From assembly GCA_964016885.1 (NCBI GenBank), contig CAXHJY010001738.1, positions 62,001-126,000 of the forward strand: a DNA stretch of 64,000 nucleotides. The letters run 5' to 3'. Within the stretch, counting starts at the first letter, position 1. Every line of letters begins with the position of its first letter. Made by a program: the position numbers and the translations under genes. The stretch is from Eledone cirrhosa (Eukaryota). Of the stretch, positions 23,084-35,997 are shown in pieces. The notes under the pieces were generated by a model. It was not told where the DNA came from. It ran no database searches and worked only from the letters and a program-made list of their open reading frames with translations.

Positions 23084-24454
23084 TTGAATTAGTATGGTAT
23101 AGACAAGTACATATGTTGTTTAGGTGTATGATATTGTCAATACTCTGATATGCCCAGTTCCTTGCTGGGTTGTTAATTCACTGGGGAACTGGAGTCATAT
23201 GAATTCAAACAAACGAATTTTCGTGTCACAGGTCCCCTTCTCCTCTCATTGGTCAGTTATTAGTGTTGTCATTGTTGGAGTTAGCTTAAAAATTGATAAA
23301 ATGGTAGAAGGGAAAAGGTGTTGAAGGAACAAAATATCAAAAAATGTGTCAAACTTCCCATTGTTCAGTTCTGAGAGCATTCCTCAGTCAGAAGTCTATA
23401 GAATTCTTTCTGGGGTGAGGCTCCCTGTAGTGTTTATGCCTGCTATTGTTCAGTACATTTGACCTCCACCATTATTTTGGTACTGTTGTTGTTGTAGTGG
23501 TCAGCTTATATCTTGCTGCTGCTAACAATTTAGAAGTATTCAGTTTGTGTTTTCTCTTCATCCCACCCGCCACCATCGTAGTGGTGGTGGCCGGGGGGGG
23601 GGGGTTCTTTCATGTATATGAAGAAATATAAGGCAATAAATGAAGAAAACAGAAGATAAATAAATAATATAATAAAATAAAATAATTAATATAATTTGTG
23701 TAATTTGAAAATAAATAAATAAATAAATAGAGAATAAAGAATAAAGAGTAAATGAGAGATTGGTGAAAAAGTAATGATAATGTATATGGAGAAGTGAGAA
23801 ATAATGTAGGATAAAGTGTGTGTGTGTGTGTGCTATAACCAATCTCAAGTTCAGAATATGTTGGATAGATTGGTATGATACAAGATGTTAAGATGAGATA
23901 TTCAATGTGTTTGTGTTATAATCTATCTCAACTTAAAATAAATATAAGGTTATACAGTGAAGAGGGCAGAAAACAAATAACAAATTAATAAAGAGAAATC
24001 AAGATTTAAGATTGGAACTTTAAGGTCAGAAATCTGGTAAATTAAAAGTGTTTGTGTTATAGATGTTGGCCAGATTATTATGGCTGTGTCCGATTCTATC
24101 TCTAGGCTATCATGGTGTCTGCTCCGCCTGGGTTGTTCCCTATGGCTTGAGGGGAGTTCACAACCTAGGGTGTTGTAATTGTCCATATAGCTTGAGGGAG
24201 GTCTGGCCGAGAGGTGTTTTCATGGACAGTAGCAACACAAGAAGATGTGAACTCCCCTCAAGCTATAGGGACTTCTACAGAACATGAAAACACCTCTCGG
24301 CCAGAGTGTGTATAGTGTTTTGTTTGATGTGTGTTCGTGTTTGGGTGACTGTGTATTGGTTATTGTATTCTATCTTAGTTTACTAGTGTGTGTTTATATG
24401 TGTTTGTTGTTATTGTGCTTGTGTATTTATTTATTTATTTACTTATTAATTTAT

Positions 24455-25033
24455 TTATACTTCTCTTAGGTCAGTGTTGTTTGTTTGGGTGTTGTTATTC
24501 CATTCATTTTCTCGGTTTAGCCTTGGCCTTCTAAATTCTATTTCGCTGGCCTCTCTGATTTGCCTATCCGCTGGGTCATTTCTATGTTTAGATATTATTC
24601 TAATTTCTATGTTGTCTATGTTACCATCGTGTTGTTGTCTAGCATGTTCGTATAGTACTGAACCGTTTTTTCGTCCTTTTAGTTCCCCCCAGTGTTTGTC
24701 TATCCTTTCACCTATACTACGAGCTGTCTCGCCTATGTATGTTGTTGTCATGTTTCTGCAAGTACCCTCTGTACATCTTATGCTATAGACTACGTTTCTA
24801 GTTTTACAGTTTATCTGGGGGTTTACTTTACATATAATACATTTCCTATTAGTAGAGTGGGTTTTCATAAAAGGGTAGATTTTGCTGATCAGGGATTTTA
24901 TGGTGGTTCCTGGCTTTTCTACCACCTTAATCTTTAAGTGGGTCTTTCTCAGGGCCTTTCTACACTAGTTAGCTAATTTCCCCCCACGGTAGCGTCCACA
25001 AACATGACACTCTGGTATCTCTGGTTGTCGTAC
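24455..25033 (-). pseudogene. PLE GIY-YIG endonuclease remnant (CCHH type)
   Basis: CIICK..NCKTRNVVYSIRCTEGTC..TYIGETARSIGERIDKH..HARQQH..REASEI..PRLN; upstream frame disrupted. Confidence 0.85.
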
Positions 25034-25105
25034 CAAGTATAACAATATTTGTTTCGTCACACGATTTCATATCAAAAACCTCGCACAACTAATTCATCGC
25101 CGTTG

Positions 25106-25290
25106 AATTGGCAGTATCGGTAGAGGGTCAGACGCCCTGCTTTGACGCATAGAGTTACGGCCCTTGCCATTCTGAGTTCAAACCCTGCCGAGGTTAACTT
25201 TGCCTTTCATCCTTACGGGGTCGATAAAATAAAGTACCAGTAATGTACTGGCTAATTGCTGGCCTTGTGCCAATAGTAGAAACAGTTATA
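25106..25290 (+). mobile_element. tRNA-derived SINE (octopus-type, Meta-domain-like core)
   Basis: A-box-like TGGCAGTATCGGTAGAG, B-box GAGTTCAAACCC, core gcctttcatccttacggggtcgataaaataaagtaccag. Confidence 0.85.
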
Positions 25291-25362
25291 TATATATATA
25301 TATTTTTATTAAAATAAATATATATTTTGGATTTTAGTCTTCAAATTTATTATTAATACTAC

Positions 25363-25432
<70 letters not shown>

Positions 25433-26073
25433 GTATGTATGTAAAAGGTAAATAGAAATAACAACACAATTGGTACAGTATATGAAAGGAATATATTAGG
25501 TAAAGTTTGAAACACCAGGAAAAGGGTTTCGGACGCTAGTCCTTTATCAACGAGAAATTAGAAATCGGGGTGGAATCGGAAAAAATGTTTTTAGAGAAAA
25601 ATAACAGATCCTTTCATGTTGCCATCTCTTGGAAAACTGTTGATGCTGGCGTTTTGCGTATGATTTAGTTTTTTAGAAAAGTGGATGATGGAGCGCGTCT
25701 ACTTGAAATGGAAAAAAAAAAGACGTTGTGTATATAGAGCTATACGTACACGCGTGCGTATGTGTGTATGTGTGTATACGTGCGTGCAAAGCTAAGAGAA
25801 TATATGTGTGTGTGTGTATGTAAGTAAAAGGGTGTGTGCGTGCTTGTAAGTGCAAAGCTGTGCGCAAAAGTATGTTAATATAAGAGCGTGTGTGGGTGTG
25901 TGTATACAGAGCTGTGAAGGGAAAAGTAGGTGTGTGTGCGTATTTTGTTGGTCTGCATCAGCTGTAAGAGTATGTTTCTGGCCATAAGAGAGCCAGGGGA
26001 ATCTAGAGGTGAATATTCAAGCGTGTGTGTGTGTGTCTATTAAAATATGGGTATTGTGTGAACGTGTGTGTAC

Positions 26074-26147
<74 letters not shown>

Positions 26148-26503
26148 GTGTTATTATATAACCAAACTACAAAAACTATCATAGTCATGTGTTCTTCCAC
26201 AAAGAAATATATTTATGTCCTGCTATTTATAAACTATCAACACGCCGTTGTCTAATAATTACAAGACATTTCCAAAAGTAGGAAACAACACATTTAACAT
26301 TATAGAATAGTTTACTGCAAATGTTCACAACCATCTGTATTTCTGCTGAATGAAATTGTCATTACAGTATTTCACCACAATTTCATACGAATGAAACAGT
26401 CCTAGTCCTGTAAAAGTCATTACTCTCTCTCTCTCTCTCCCTCACTCACTCACTCTCTCTCACTCACTCACTCTCTCTCTCACTCTCTCTCTCTCTCACT
26501 CTC

Positions 26504-26609
<106 letters not shown>

Positions 26610-26776
26610 TATATATATATATATATCTGTTAGAACACGAAAAGTGTGAAACAACAGAATGTTCACTTTTCGTGTTCTAACATATATGCCTAACATCTTC
26701 ATAAATTTTCCCGGGATAGCCGTGGTGGTGGTGATCGTATGTCATTGGCTAATTTTCAACCAATCAGAGTAAGTGT

Positions 26777-26826
<50 letters not shown>

Positions 26827-28627
26827 TATTCCCCCTCTCTCTATATATATCTTACGCTTTACACTCCTCCCCTTCAATAACACATTTCCCCCTCTCTATA
26901 TATCTCTTCCACTGTTACTTACGCCTGTTTCTCTCTATCTGTTCCGTCTCTCTATATATATCTCTTACTCTTTCGCTTTGCACTCCTCCCCTTCAATACC
27001 ATCTCTCCCCCTCTCTATATATTTGTTACTCTATCGCTGCACGCTCCCCTCCTTCAATATATCAATTACACACGCTTTACACTCCTTTATCCCCAGCGCC
27101 CCTATATATACACCCCCCCTCCCGCATCTATATTTTAATGTTCCGTTGCACCGTGAATATATGTGTCTATATATATATACATATATATTGTATATACACA
27201 TTCATGTATGTTTATACACACTCATGTATGTATATACACTGGTTTTATGTGTGTATTGTAAATTTGTACTGTTAAAACACGAAACTAACATTCGATTGAC
27301 ACTTTGATTACCTGTACAGGCAATAGTTATTAGAATGCTGTTGAAGTGTGTATATATATTTGGGGGACATCCTGTATATACACACATTATATATAATACA
27401 ATAAACAGATAAATACACACATATATATATGAGCTTATTTAATTATAAATATTGTGAATTTTTAACTCAGTTCAATTATATATATAAATGGCTTCTACAG
27501 GACTAGAACTGTTTCATTCGAAAGAAATCATCATAATATTGAGAGGGGGGACTAGATAAAATATTTCAAATCAAATGTGTATAAGTTATAAGTTAAAATG
27601 TATAAATCGAGACGATAGTGGAGGTATATCTGTTTAGTGGAACAGTAGACGATAGAATTAAGGTAATTTAAATTTTAAGCATTTGCATTTCATCGTTACG
27701 GGGTCGATAAAATAAAGTACCAGTAATACACTGTCACTATAAGTAGACGACTTTTAAATTGAATTGTTGGTTCCATTTCTTTAGTATTTTCAATTGTAGT
27801 TATCTACTTAAAAAGCGTTACACGGTTAGAGACATAATTGGTAAGTTATATCTTCCCTATTAAACCATTGCATTATTTCGCCTACAATAGAACAAAAATG
27901 AAATGTTCTTTAAAGAAACAGGAATATAACTTTATAAAAAAAAAAGTTGCATCCGCTTCTTTTATCATTAATAATTTTTTCGTTTTAATATTAATTGTTT
28001 TTTGTAGTTGTTTATATTAAAAATCTTACTGTAATATTTACTTAAACGAAGGCAGACATCTAAACTTATAGATTAATCTTGAGCGAAGGACTAGATAAAT
28101 CTCTCTCTCTCTATATATATATATAAACGAAGAATGATAAAATTTCAAGCAGAGAGTTTAATTAGGTAATGACTTACAAATTTGTTTCAGTATATAGACA
28201 AAGCCTGAAGCGCTAATTATAATAATTAGTTAATAATATTACAAAATATATTAATATTATATTAAATATATACTGAAACAAATTTGTTTAGCAGAAAGTT
28301 TCCAGACAAGAAACACGCATATTTTGCTATCCTCAAACACGTTTACACATGGCATGAAATATAACTAATCCGAGATGGCTAGGTTTCATCTTCTAACTGG
28401 ATAAACGAAATCCATTATGTCTTGACAACAACATGAGGTAACATTATGTTATTCACAGACACACTTTGTACACTGTTCCATATCAGAATGTATTTCCTTC
28501 CTCACATTCACAAACAGTATTGAAAATATGTTCTTCGGCAAATAAAAATGTTTTGTTCATAATATTTCAACTAGCGATTGCTCTACTCCACGCACGACCA
28601 CCATAAAGTAATGACCAGCTCAACACA

Positions 28628-28800
28628 AGTATTGGTAGAGCGTCAGACACCATGCTTTGCAGTATTGTTATGGTCCTTTGCATTCTAAGTTCAAATCCTG
28701 CCGAGGTTAACTTCGACTTTCATACTTACTAATTCGATAAAATAAAGTACCAGTAATGGACTGCCGTAATGGATTTGTGCCGAAAAATAGAAACACTATT
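28628..28800 (+). mobile_element. tRNA-derived SINE, diverged copy
   Basis: Homology to 25106-25290. Confidence 0.75.
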
Positions 28801-29352
28801 AATGTGCAATAAGAGCAAAATATAACGACATTGCTCAATTATTTTATCTAATGTTGTAATAACACAAGGAAATGTTGTTTGTGTATTTGTTTTTATATTT
28901 GCTCATAGGCTTTTACAATTTCGCTCAGCCAACAACTATTAAAAAGTGAGTTGCTTAAGATAACAATTTAATCACAAATTGTTGCTATCTTTTAATACAC
29001 ACCAACAAGTCATCAAATTATGTACAATAAAAACAAATCTTATTAATTTGCTCAGGGAATATAAAGAAAATGTATATACACTGATAATTGCAATTGTATG
29101 TAAATATTTTGTATTTGTATTGTTTATTTTATGTCTTCTATTATGTATAATATATTGATTTAATATTGATTGTTTTTTGTAGTTGTTTATATTAAAAGTC
29201 TGAAAATATTTTTATACATCTTACACTAATATTTATAAGATAATTTATAATAACAATTACATAATCTAATTACATTACAACGATAATTTATTATTAATAT
29301 ATATCCTGTTTAACTAGAGTTATTACAAGCGTTGCCTTAAAAAAATATTAAA

Positions 29353-30308
29353 CTAGACATGAAAAATGCGCAAGCTCAAAAGTGCCACAGAATGTTATAA
29401 TAAACCTTCAAAAGTGTGGGACTAGAGTTGTTGCTAAAAAATATTGTAATCATTATATATCGTACATTCTGTGGCATCCTTTATAAAAATAGCTTAAACC
29501 AACGAAGCCTTTATTTTTACGCTATTTCACTTAGTTAATTCTTAGAGTGTAACATATAAAAATAAATACATCTATGTTTAATGTAATAACAGCTATAAAT
29601 AATTACGTAATATTATTATCATATACTCATAGTAACAAAATAATTGTGTTGAAAATTAATATGATGCTTATATGAACGATCAAATCTATAATGATAATTT
29701 CTTAAATATACTAATAGTAAAATAATTTAGTTATCTATTGTTACATTTTCATAGAACTATAATATTAACAATCGTATTGCATTATCAAATTTTTATCACT
29801 ACAAACTTTCATATTGGAATTACCTTAAGCCACTTATTATTACTTCGCTTTCGTACTTTTACAGCTGTAGATATTGCGCTGTATCTTATATCTAATATCA
29901 ATATCTCATGGTAATTTGCATGCAGTGTAAAATAGGTTTATTAATAACTTTAATATGAAATGTATTATACAGGGCTGCGGAGTCGGCTAAAAATTGACTG
30001 GCTCCAACTCAGGATCCGATACTCCATTATTTCCTAAATTTCAGCTCCGCAGCTCTGTTATTATATTAATTAATTTATTTTATAGTTGTAAATCATATTT
30101 TTATATGTTACACTCTAAGAATTAACTAAGTGAAATAGCGTAAAAATAAAGGCTTCGTTGGTTTAAGCTATTTTTATAAAGGATGCCACAGAATGTACGA
30201 TATATAATGATTACAATATTTTTTAGCAACAACTCTAGTCCCACACTTTTGAAGGTTTATTATAACATTCTGTGGCACTTTTGAGCTTGCGCATTTTTCA
30301 TGTCTAGT
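29353..30308. repeat. Inverted repeat, ~220-bp arms (29353-29575 / 30095-30308)
   Basis: actagacatgaaaaatgcgc... / ...gcgcatttttcatgtctagt, arms essentially identical. Confidence 0.9.
29970..30057. mobile_element. hAT-type MITE (88 bp)
   Basis: TIRs cagggctgcggag / ctccgcagctctg; near-perfect 8-bp TSD gtattata / ttattata. Confidence 0.7.
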
Positions 30309-30739
30309 ATATATATATATATAACAGCGATGAATTAGTTTTGCGAGGTTTTTGATATGAAATCGTGTGTCGAAACAAATATAGTTATACTTGGGGAGGG
30401 TTATATTTGTGTAATATTGTCAGAATTAATAACAGAACACACTCACTGTTTGGTTGGTTTTCGCTTCTCGCTTCTGTGTCTTTTATATCGGTAATCTAAC
30501 TTACTCGGTCCTCAATGTTGCCATTGACTGACCGACGGTCAAAAATAATACAGATACAATATAGACACAAACACATTATATAGTTTATCAAAGTTCTTTC
30601 GTTGCACATCTGCAACATCGTCAGTGGTGCTGTTGTTTCCTCCCGTTGCATTGTATTTTCTACGCCATCTTTATTTAGTCTGTTTATATATTTATTTATT
30701 TGTTTATTTTATTTTGTCTTCTTTGCGCATGCGTTTGCG

Positions 30740-31511
30740 TGTGTGTATAGTGTTTTGTTTGATGTGTGTTCGTGATTGGGTGACTGTGTATTGGTTATTG
30801 TATTCTATCTTTACTAGTGTGTGTTTATATGTGTTTGTTGTTATTGTGCTTGTGTATGTATTTATTTATTTGTTTATCTATTTATTTATTTATACTTCTC
30901 TTAGGTCAGTGTTGTTTGTTTGGGTGTTGTTATTCCATTCATTCTTTCTGTTTAGCCTTGGCCTTCTAAGTTCTATTTCGCTGGCCTCTCTGATTTGCCT
31001 ATCTGCTGGGTCATTTCTATGTTTAGATATTATTCTAATTTCTATGTTGTCTATGTTACTGTCGTGTTGTTGTCTAGCATGTTCGTATAGTACTGAACCG
31101 TTTTTTCGTCCTTTTAGTTCCCCCCAGTGTTTGTCTATCCTTTCACCTATGCTACGAGCTGTCTCGCCTATGTATGTTGTTGTCATGTTTCTGCAAGTAC
31201 CCTCTGTATATCTTATGCTATAGACTACGTTTCTAGTTTTACAGTTTATCTGGGGGTTTACTTTACATATAATACATTTCCTATTAGTAGAGTGGGTTTT
31301 CATAAAAGGGTAGGTTTTGCTGCTCAGGGATTTTATGGTGGTTCCTGGCTTTTCTACCACCTTAATCTTTAAGTGGGTCTTTCTCAGGGCCTTTCTACAC
31401 TAGTTAGCTAATATCCCTCCAGGGGTAGCGTCCACAAACATGACACTCTGGTATCTCTGGTTGTCGTACCATGAGGTGGCTTTCCCTATCTTATGTCTAG
31501 CCCTATCTAAG
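30740..31511 (-). pseudogene. Second copy of the PLE GIY-YIG remnant seen at 24455
   Basis: ORF 30890-31360 nearly identical to 24455-24925. Confidence 0.85.
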
Positions 31512-32908
31512 CTATTCAACGTCGCATAATCGACAGCTTCTCATACCACTCCGATATGGGGGCGCGTTCGATAATTTTTTCCACTTCAGGGTGTATTGAT
31601 GGTTACTTTCCATCAGTTGCCAGGTCTTGTTTGCAAGAGTAGTTACATAACGATGCTGGGAATGTTTCATTGCGTAACGGTGTGTATACCAACGGGCTTT
31701 AAATGTATTCCCAGTCGCTCCGATGTAATACCATTTCTGGTTGTCTGATTCCACTGTGCATTGGTAAACCAGGTTAGACTACATACATTCATTATGTAAT
31801 GGACAGGTTTCAGGTAGGTGGCAGTTAAAATTCTTATCATGGGCAACTTTGGCATTATTGGTGGAATCAGACAACCAGAAATGGCGACTGGGAATACATT
31901 TAAAGCCCGTTGGTATACACACCGTTATGCAATTAAACATTCCCAGCATCGTTATGCAAACAAGACCTGGCAACTGAGGGAAAGTAACCATTAATACACC
32001 CTGAAGTGGAAAAACTTATCGAACGCGCCCCCATATCGGAGTGGTATGAGAAGCTGTCGATTATGCGACCTTGAGCTGTTCCACATCTTGAGTTCGAAGA
32101 ATAAGTTACTCAACAATAAAATCGAAAGATCAATTTATTGTAACCATAGACTCAAAGAGAAGTGTTCGCACTACAAGTGCAAATCGAACCCTTAACCTCT
32201 TACTACCAACTGACAAACTGCATATACTTAGACTTTATACCCTCTTGTTGTATCTAAACCCTTTTAGTTACCCACAAAAACCAATACCTATACCCCCCCC
32301 CTTCTCCTTTATTCCTCTTCTATTTCTTCGTTTTCTTCCTTCCTTCTCTCCCCTTCTTGGCTATCTTTTCTTTTCTTCTTTCTCCCCCTCCTTTGCTTTT
32401 ATTTTTGTCATTATTATCTTTATCTTTATTTTTTATATATATATTTATCTCTTTATATCCCCCCCCCCTCTCTCTCTCTCTATCGATCCCTCCCACTATA
32501 ATCAATTTAATTCTCTTTACCTCACAACATTCCACGACATGAAGTCTCCTATCAAAACTGATCAAGGAATCCTTCCACCTCTACCCCTCCCTCCATCTCA
32601 GTTTGTCACTCTACTTCCTAACTCTTCTCCCCTTCCTCTCTCTATACTATTCCGTTTGTCCCTTCACCTTCTGATTCCTCTCTCCATACTAGTAAATACA
32701 ATTCCAAATAAATGTTTTTCTCTATATATTAAGAATTATTTCAAGAGTAACTTACTCACTATTTTGAAAATTTTGACTGTGAACAACAATTATAATTGAG
32801 TGGCTGCTATTTGCAGTATAGCAATATAAGGTTGCAATTACCAATGAAACGGTCGTAAATACCTGGATAAAATCCTCCTCTTAATGCTTACCTGTGTTTT
32901 CTCTTTTA

Positions 32909-32910
<2 letters not shown>
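31512..32910 (+). mobile_element. Decayed Hydra-like PLE 3' end with inverted endonuclease segment (31512-31860 minus, 31856-32195 plus)
   Basis: NCHLPETCPLHNEC..LVYQC..YYIGATGNTFKARW..CRLCD.E on both strands. Confidence 0.8.
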
Positions 32911-32963
<53 letters not shown>

Positions 32964-33511
32964 TATATAGTAGTGAAAGAGTGAAAAATAACATGGTCGG
33001 CTGTACAGAAAGGCTTTTATTTACAGTATTAACAATTGTTTCATTGATCAGGTGAAATTGCGTCACTCGACCTTAATTACAATGTGTGTCTCTGATCAAA
33101 ACATCGGAATACTATATATACATATATATATATATATATTTAGAAACACACAGATACATGCGGACACACACATATATATGAATGCATCCACACCCAACCG
33201 TGAATTATGGGGCCAACCTTACCGATGTTGCTCAATGAATGACTGGGACAGACCAATCCGGTTGAATTAGACTTAATGAAGTGTAGTGACTGCTGGAAAG
33301 CTGCCATTACTCATACTTCTCTCCCCCTTCACCACCTCTTCTACGGCTTCGATATAAATACCCCCTCCGCCTCCGTGGTATTTTCTTCGGGGTTATAAGA
33401 GGCTTAGCTCTGTTTCTCGACCGTTATATCGCGTGACTATCTCCTCCTCCGCCTTTTGGGATTCTTTCTCACGTCGTGTAGACGCGTTCTTGAAGCTAGT
33501 AAAATGAGGTA

Positions 33512-33601
33512 TCCTCTTGATAAGTCGGCAGACCTCGCAAGAACTCTATATCTTTATGATGTATTGTTTTTGTTTATGCCACGAAACTACGTAGTCGAGG
33601 A
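33512..33601 (+). ncRNA. Type I hammerhead, U3-A8 core variant
   Basis: UCCUC-UUGAUAA-GUCGGCA...UGCCAC-GAAA-CUACGUAG-UC^GAGGA. Confidence 0.75.
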
Positions 33602-34104
33602 ATCTAGGAGCAGTTTAGGTATGATACATTTTATTACTAATTATATCTAAATGTTTCTTCTCTCTTCATAATGTATTTTTAACTCTGATACTGGTTCAGT
33701 CTAATTCAACCGGATTGGTCTGTCCCAGTCATTCATTGAGCAACATCGGTGAGGTTGGCACCCTTAACTCACGGTTGGGTGTGGATGCATTCATGTATAT
33801 GTGTGTGTCCGCATGTATCTGTGTGTTTCTAAATATATTGTTCATAACTCCCTCTGGTCGAGTAATCTTTGAAGTGTAGTGACTGCTGGAAAGCTGCCAT
33901 TACTCATACTTCTCGCCTCCTTCACCACCTCTTCTACGGCTTCGATATAAATACCCCCTCCGCCTCCGTGGTATTTTCTTTGGGGTTATAAGAGGCTTAG
34001 CTCTGTTTCTCGACCGTTATATCGCGTGACTATCTCCTCCTCCGCCTTTTGGGATTCTTTCTCACGTCGTGTAGACGCGTTCTTGAAGCTAGTAAAATGA
34101 GGTA

Positions 34105-34194
34105 TCCTCTTGATAAGTCGGCAGACCTCGCAAGAACTCTATATCTTTATGATGTATTGTTTTTGTTTATGCCACGAAACTACGTAGTCGAGGA
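34105..34194 (+). ncRNA. Type I hammerhead, U3-A8 variant (second unit)
   Basis: Identical to 33512-33601. Confidence 0.75.
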
Positions 34195-34263
34195 ATCTAG
34201 GAGCAGTTTAGGTATGATACATTTTATTACTAATTATATCTAAATGTTTCTTCTCTCTTCATA

Positions 34264-34338
<75 letters not shown>

Positions 34339-34343
<5 letters not shown>

Positions 34344-35036
34344 AAGGACCACTTTATTCATATGTAACCCATTTGCAACTCCGCAGCACGTTTATTCTCA
34401 TATTTACACATATTTTTTTTCCCCGCTGTGACCCGTCTATTTCGTTCTTACTGCTTCCTCTTTCTCTGTATCTTTACCCTCTCTAACAGTCACACTCTCT
34501 CTGTTAGCCTCTCCCTCACTCACTCACTCTCTGTTACTACCTCTCCTCCTCCTCCTTCTTCCCGTTTGACCTGTGCGTAATTCTTTTCTTTCGCACGTTT
34601 GGCCAGGCCGGTCGGCATTTTTTCTCTCTCTCGTCTACGATTTCACAGAACTTATGTTTACCGAATTCACGGACTAGACCCCTTCTTCCTCCCGTTAGAC
34701 CTGTGCGAAATTCCTTCCTTGCTCACATTTCAACCAGGTTTGATGGTCTTTATTCTCTCTCGTTCACGATTTCACCGAACTTATATTCATAGAAATTTTT
34801 TGACTTGACTCGTTCTTCCTCACTTTTCGTTGCTTCACCATCTTTGTTTGTTTACACTCTCGCTGTTCCCTTTATTTACATGTCCCAACGACTTTCTTTA
34901 GCCGTTGCTCGCACCAACCGGAGGTATATGGTCTTTAAAGCGAAGAAATACCGATGATGGTTGGAAGATCACTGATGAAGGACCACTTTATTCATATGTA
35001 ACCCATTTGCAACTCCGTAGCACGTTTATTCTCATA
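34339..35036 (+). mobile_element. Non-coding element related to the 511-bp unit: 634-nt monomer with ~60-nt terminal redundancy (family B)
   Basis: gatgaaggaccactttattcatatgtaacccatttgc.. at 34340 and 34974; bounded by (TA)n. Confidence 0.85.
34882..34983 (+). ncRNA. Rearranged hammerhead ribozyme (diverged homolog)
   Basis: GGUAU-A^UGGUCUU..GCGAA-GAAA-UACC..AAGAUCA-CUGAUGA-AGGAC; predicted cleavage after 34928. Confidence 0.75.
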
Positions 35037-35052
35037 TATATATATATATATA

Positions 35053-35268
35053 TGAGGGGAGTGTTAAAAAGTTCCTGGTTTTTGGTAAAATAAAATAGAG
35101 GAGGATCAGTTAGTTATGATTTTATTCAACATATTCCTTTGTCAGATTCACACACTTATTGCAGCGGTCCTCCAGTTTTTCTAAGCCCAGTAAAAAGAAC
35201 TCAGAAGGTTTGGCCTCAAACCAAGCCTCTAAATCAGCGAACAGCCAGGAACTTTTCAACACCCCTTC

Positions 35269-35269
<1 letters not shown>
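35053..35269. mobile_element. Tc1/mariner-type MITE
   Basis: TIRs tgaggggagtgttaaaaagttcctgg / ccaggaacttttcaacaccccttcg in TA context. Confidence 0.75.
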
Positions 35270-35312
<43 letters not shown>

Positions 35313-35485
35313 CTATACTTGGGGAGGGTCATATTGTTGTAATAATATTGCCAGAAATAATAACAGAACACACTCAGTGTTTGGTTGGTTTTCGCTTCTG
35401 TGTCTTTTATATCTCCACAGTAACTGTGGAGATATAAAAGATACATAAGTGAAAACCAACCAAACACTGAGTGTGTTCTGTTAGG

Positions 35486-35680
35486 AGGGCGGTGTATTGG
35501 CAGTATCGGTAGAGAGTCGGACGCCATGCTTTGCAGCAAAGAGTTACGGCCCTTTATGATCTGAGTTCAAATCCCGCCGAGGTTAACTTTGCCTTTCATC
35601 CTTATGGAGTTGATAAAATAAAGTACCAGTAATACCCTGGGATAATTGCTGGCCTTGTGCCAAAAGTAGAAACAATTATT
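35486..35680 (+). mobile_element. tRNA-derived SINE
   Basis: Homology to 25106-25290. Confidence 0.85.
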
Positions 35681-35935
35681 TCTGGCATTATTACAATAAT
35701 ATGACCCTCCCCAAGTATAACAATATTTGTTTCGACACACGATTTCATATCAAAAACCTCGCAAAACAAATATATATATATATATTTATATAATCAAAAG
35801 TTTAACAAGGTTCATTGATTAATCAATGAATAAAGTTTTACAATAGATTAGAAGCACTCAACCGGTAGGTTTTCTGGAGTTATTAATATTACTTCAAAAT
35901 ATTAATAAATATAGACATACATGTGATCAAATATA

Positions 35936-35997
35936 TTTTATTATACATATTTCAGAGGTACTGAGCTATTTCATCAGTACGTCCTCATCAGATAAAA
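35936..35997 (-). ncRNA. Type I hammerhead ribozyme of the pLTR
   Basis: UUUUAU-CUGAUGA-GGACGUACUG..CAGUACCUCU-GAAA-UAUGUA-UA^AUAAAA. Confidence 0.85.

Larger units (their letters stand above)
22881..25036 (-). mobile_element. 5'-truncated PLE (endonuclease + 3' UTR + pLTR)
   Basis: GIY-YIG remnant upstream and hammerhead near the 3' end; ends in (TA)n; boundaries approximate. Confidence 0.7.
33136..34268 (+). mobile_element. Family D non-coding hammerhead repeat: ~1.7 units of 593 bp plus inverted 5' piece (33136-33275)
   Basis: Period 593 (33456/34049); 33136-33275 is the reverse complement of ~33697-33837. Confidence 0.85.

Noticed and set aside
25510-25556. Minus-strand UUGAUAA-AGGAC/GUCC-GAAA hammerhead-like motif
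   Set aside because: Stem II is present but no convincing stem I partner or UH site
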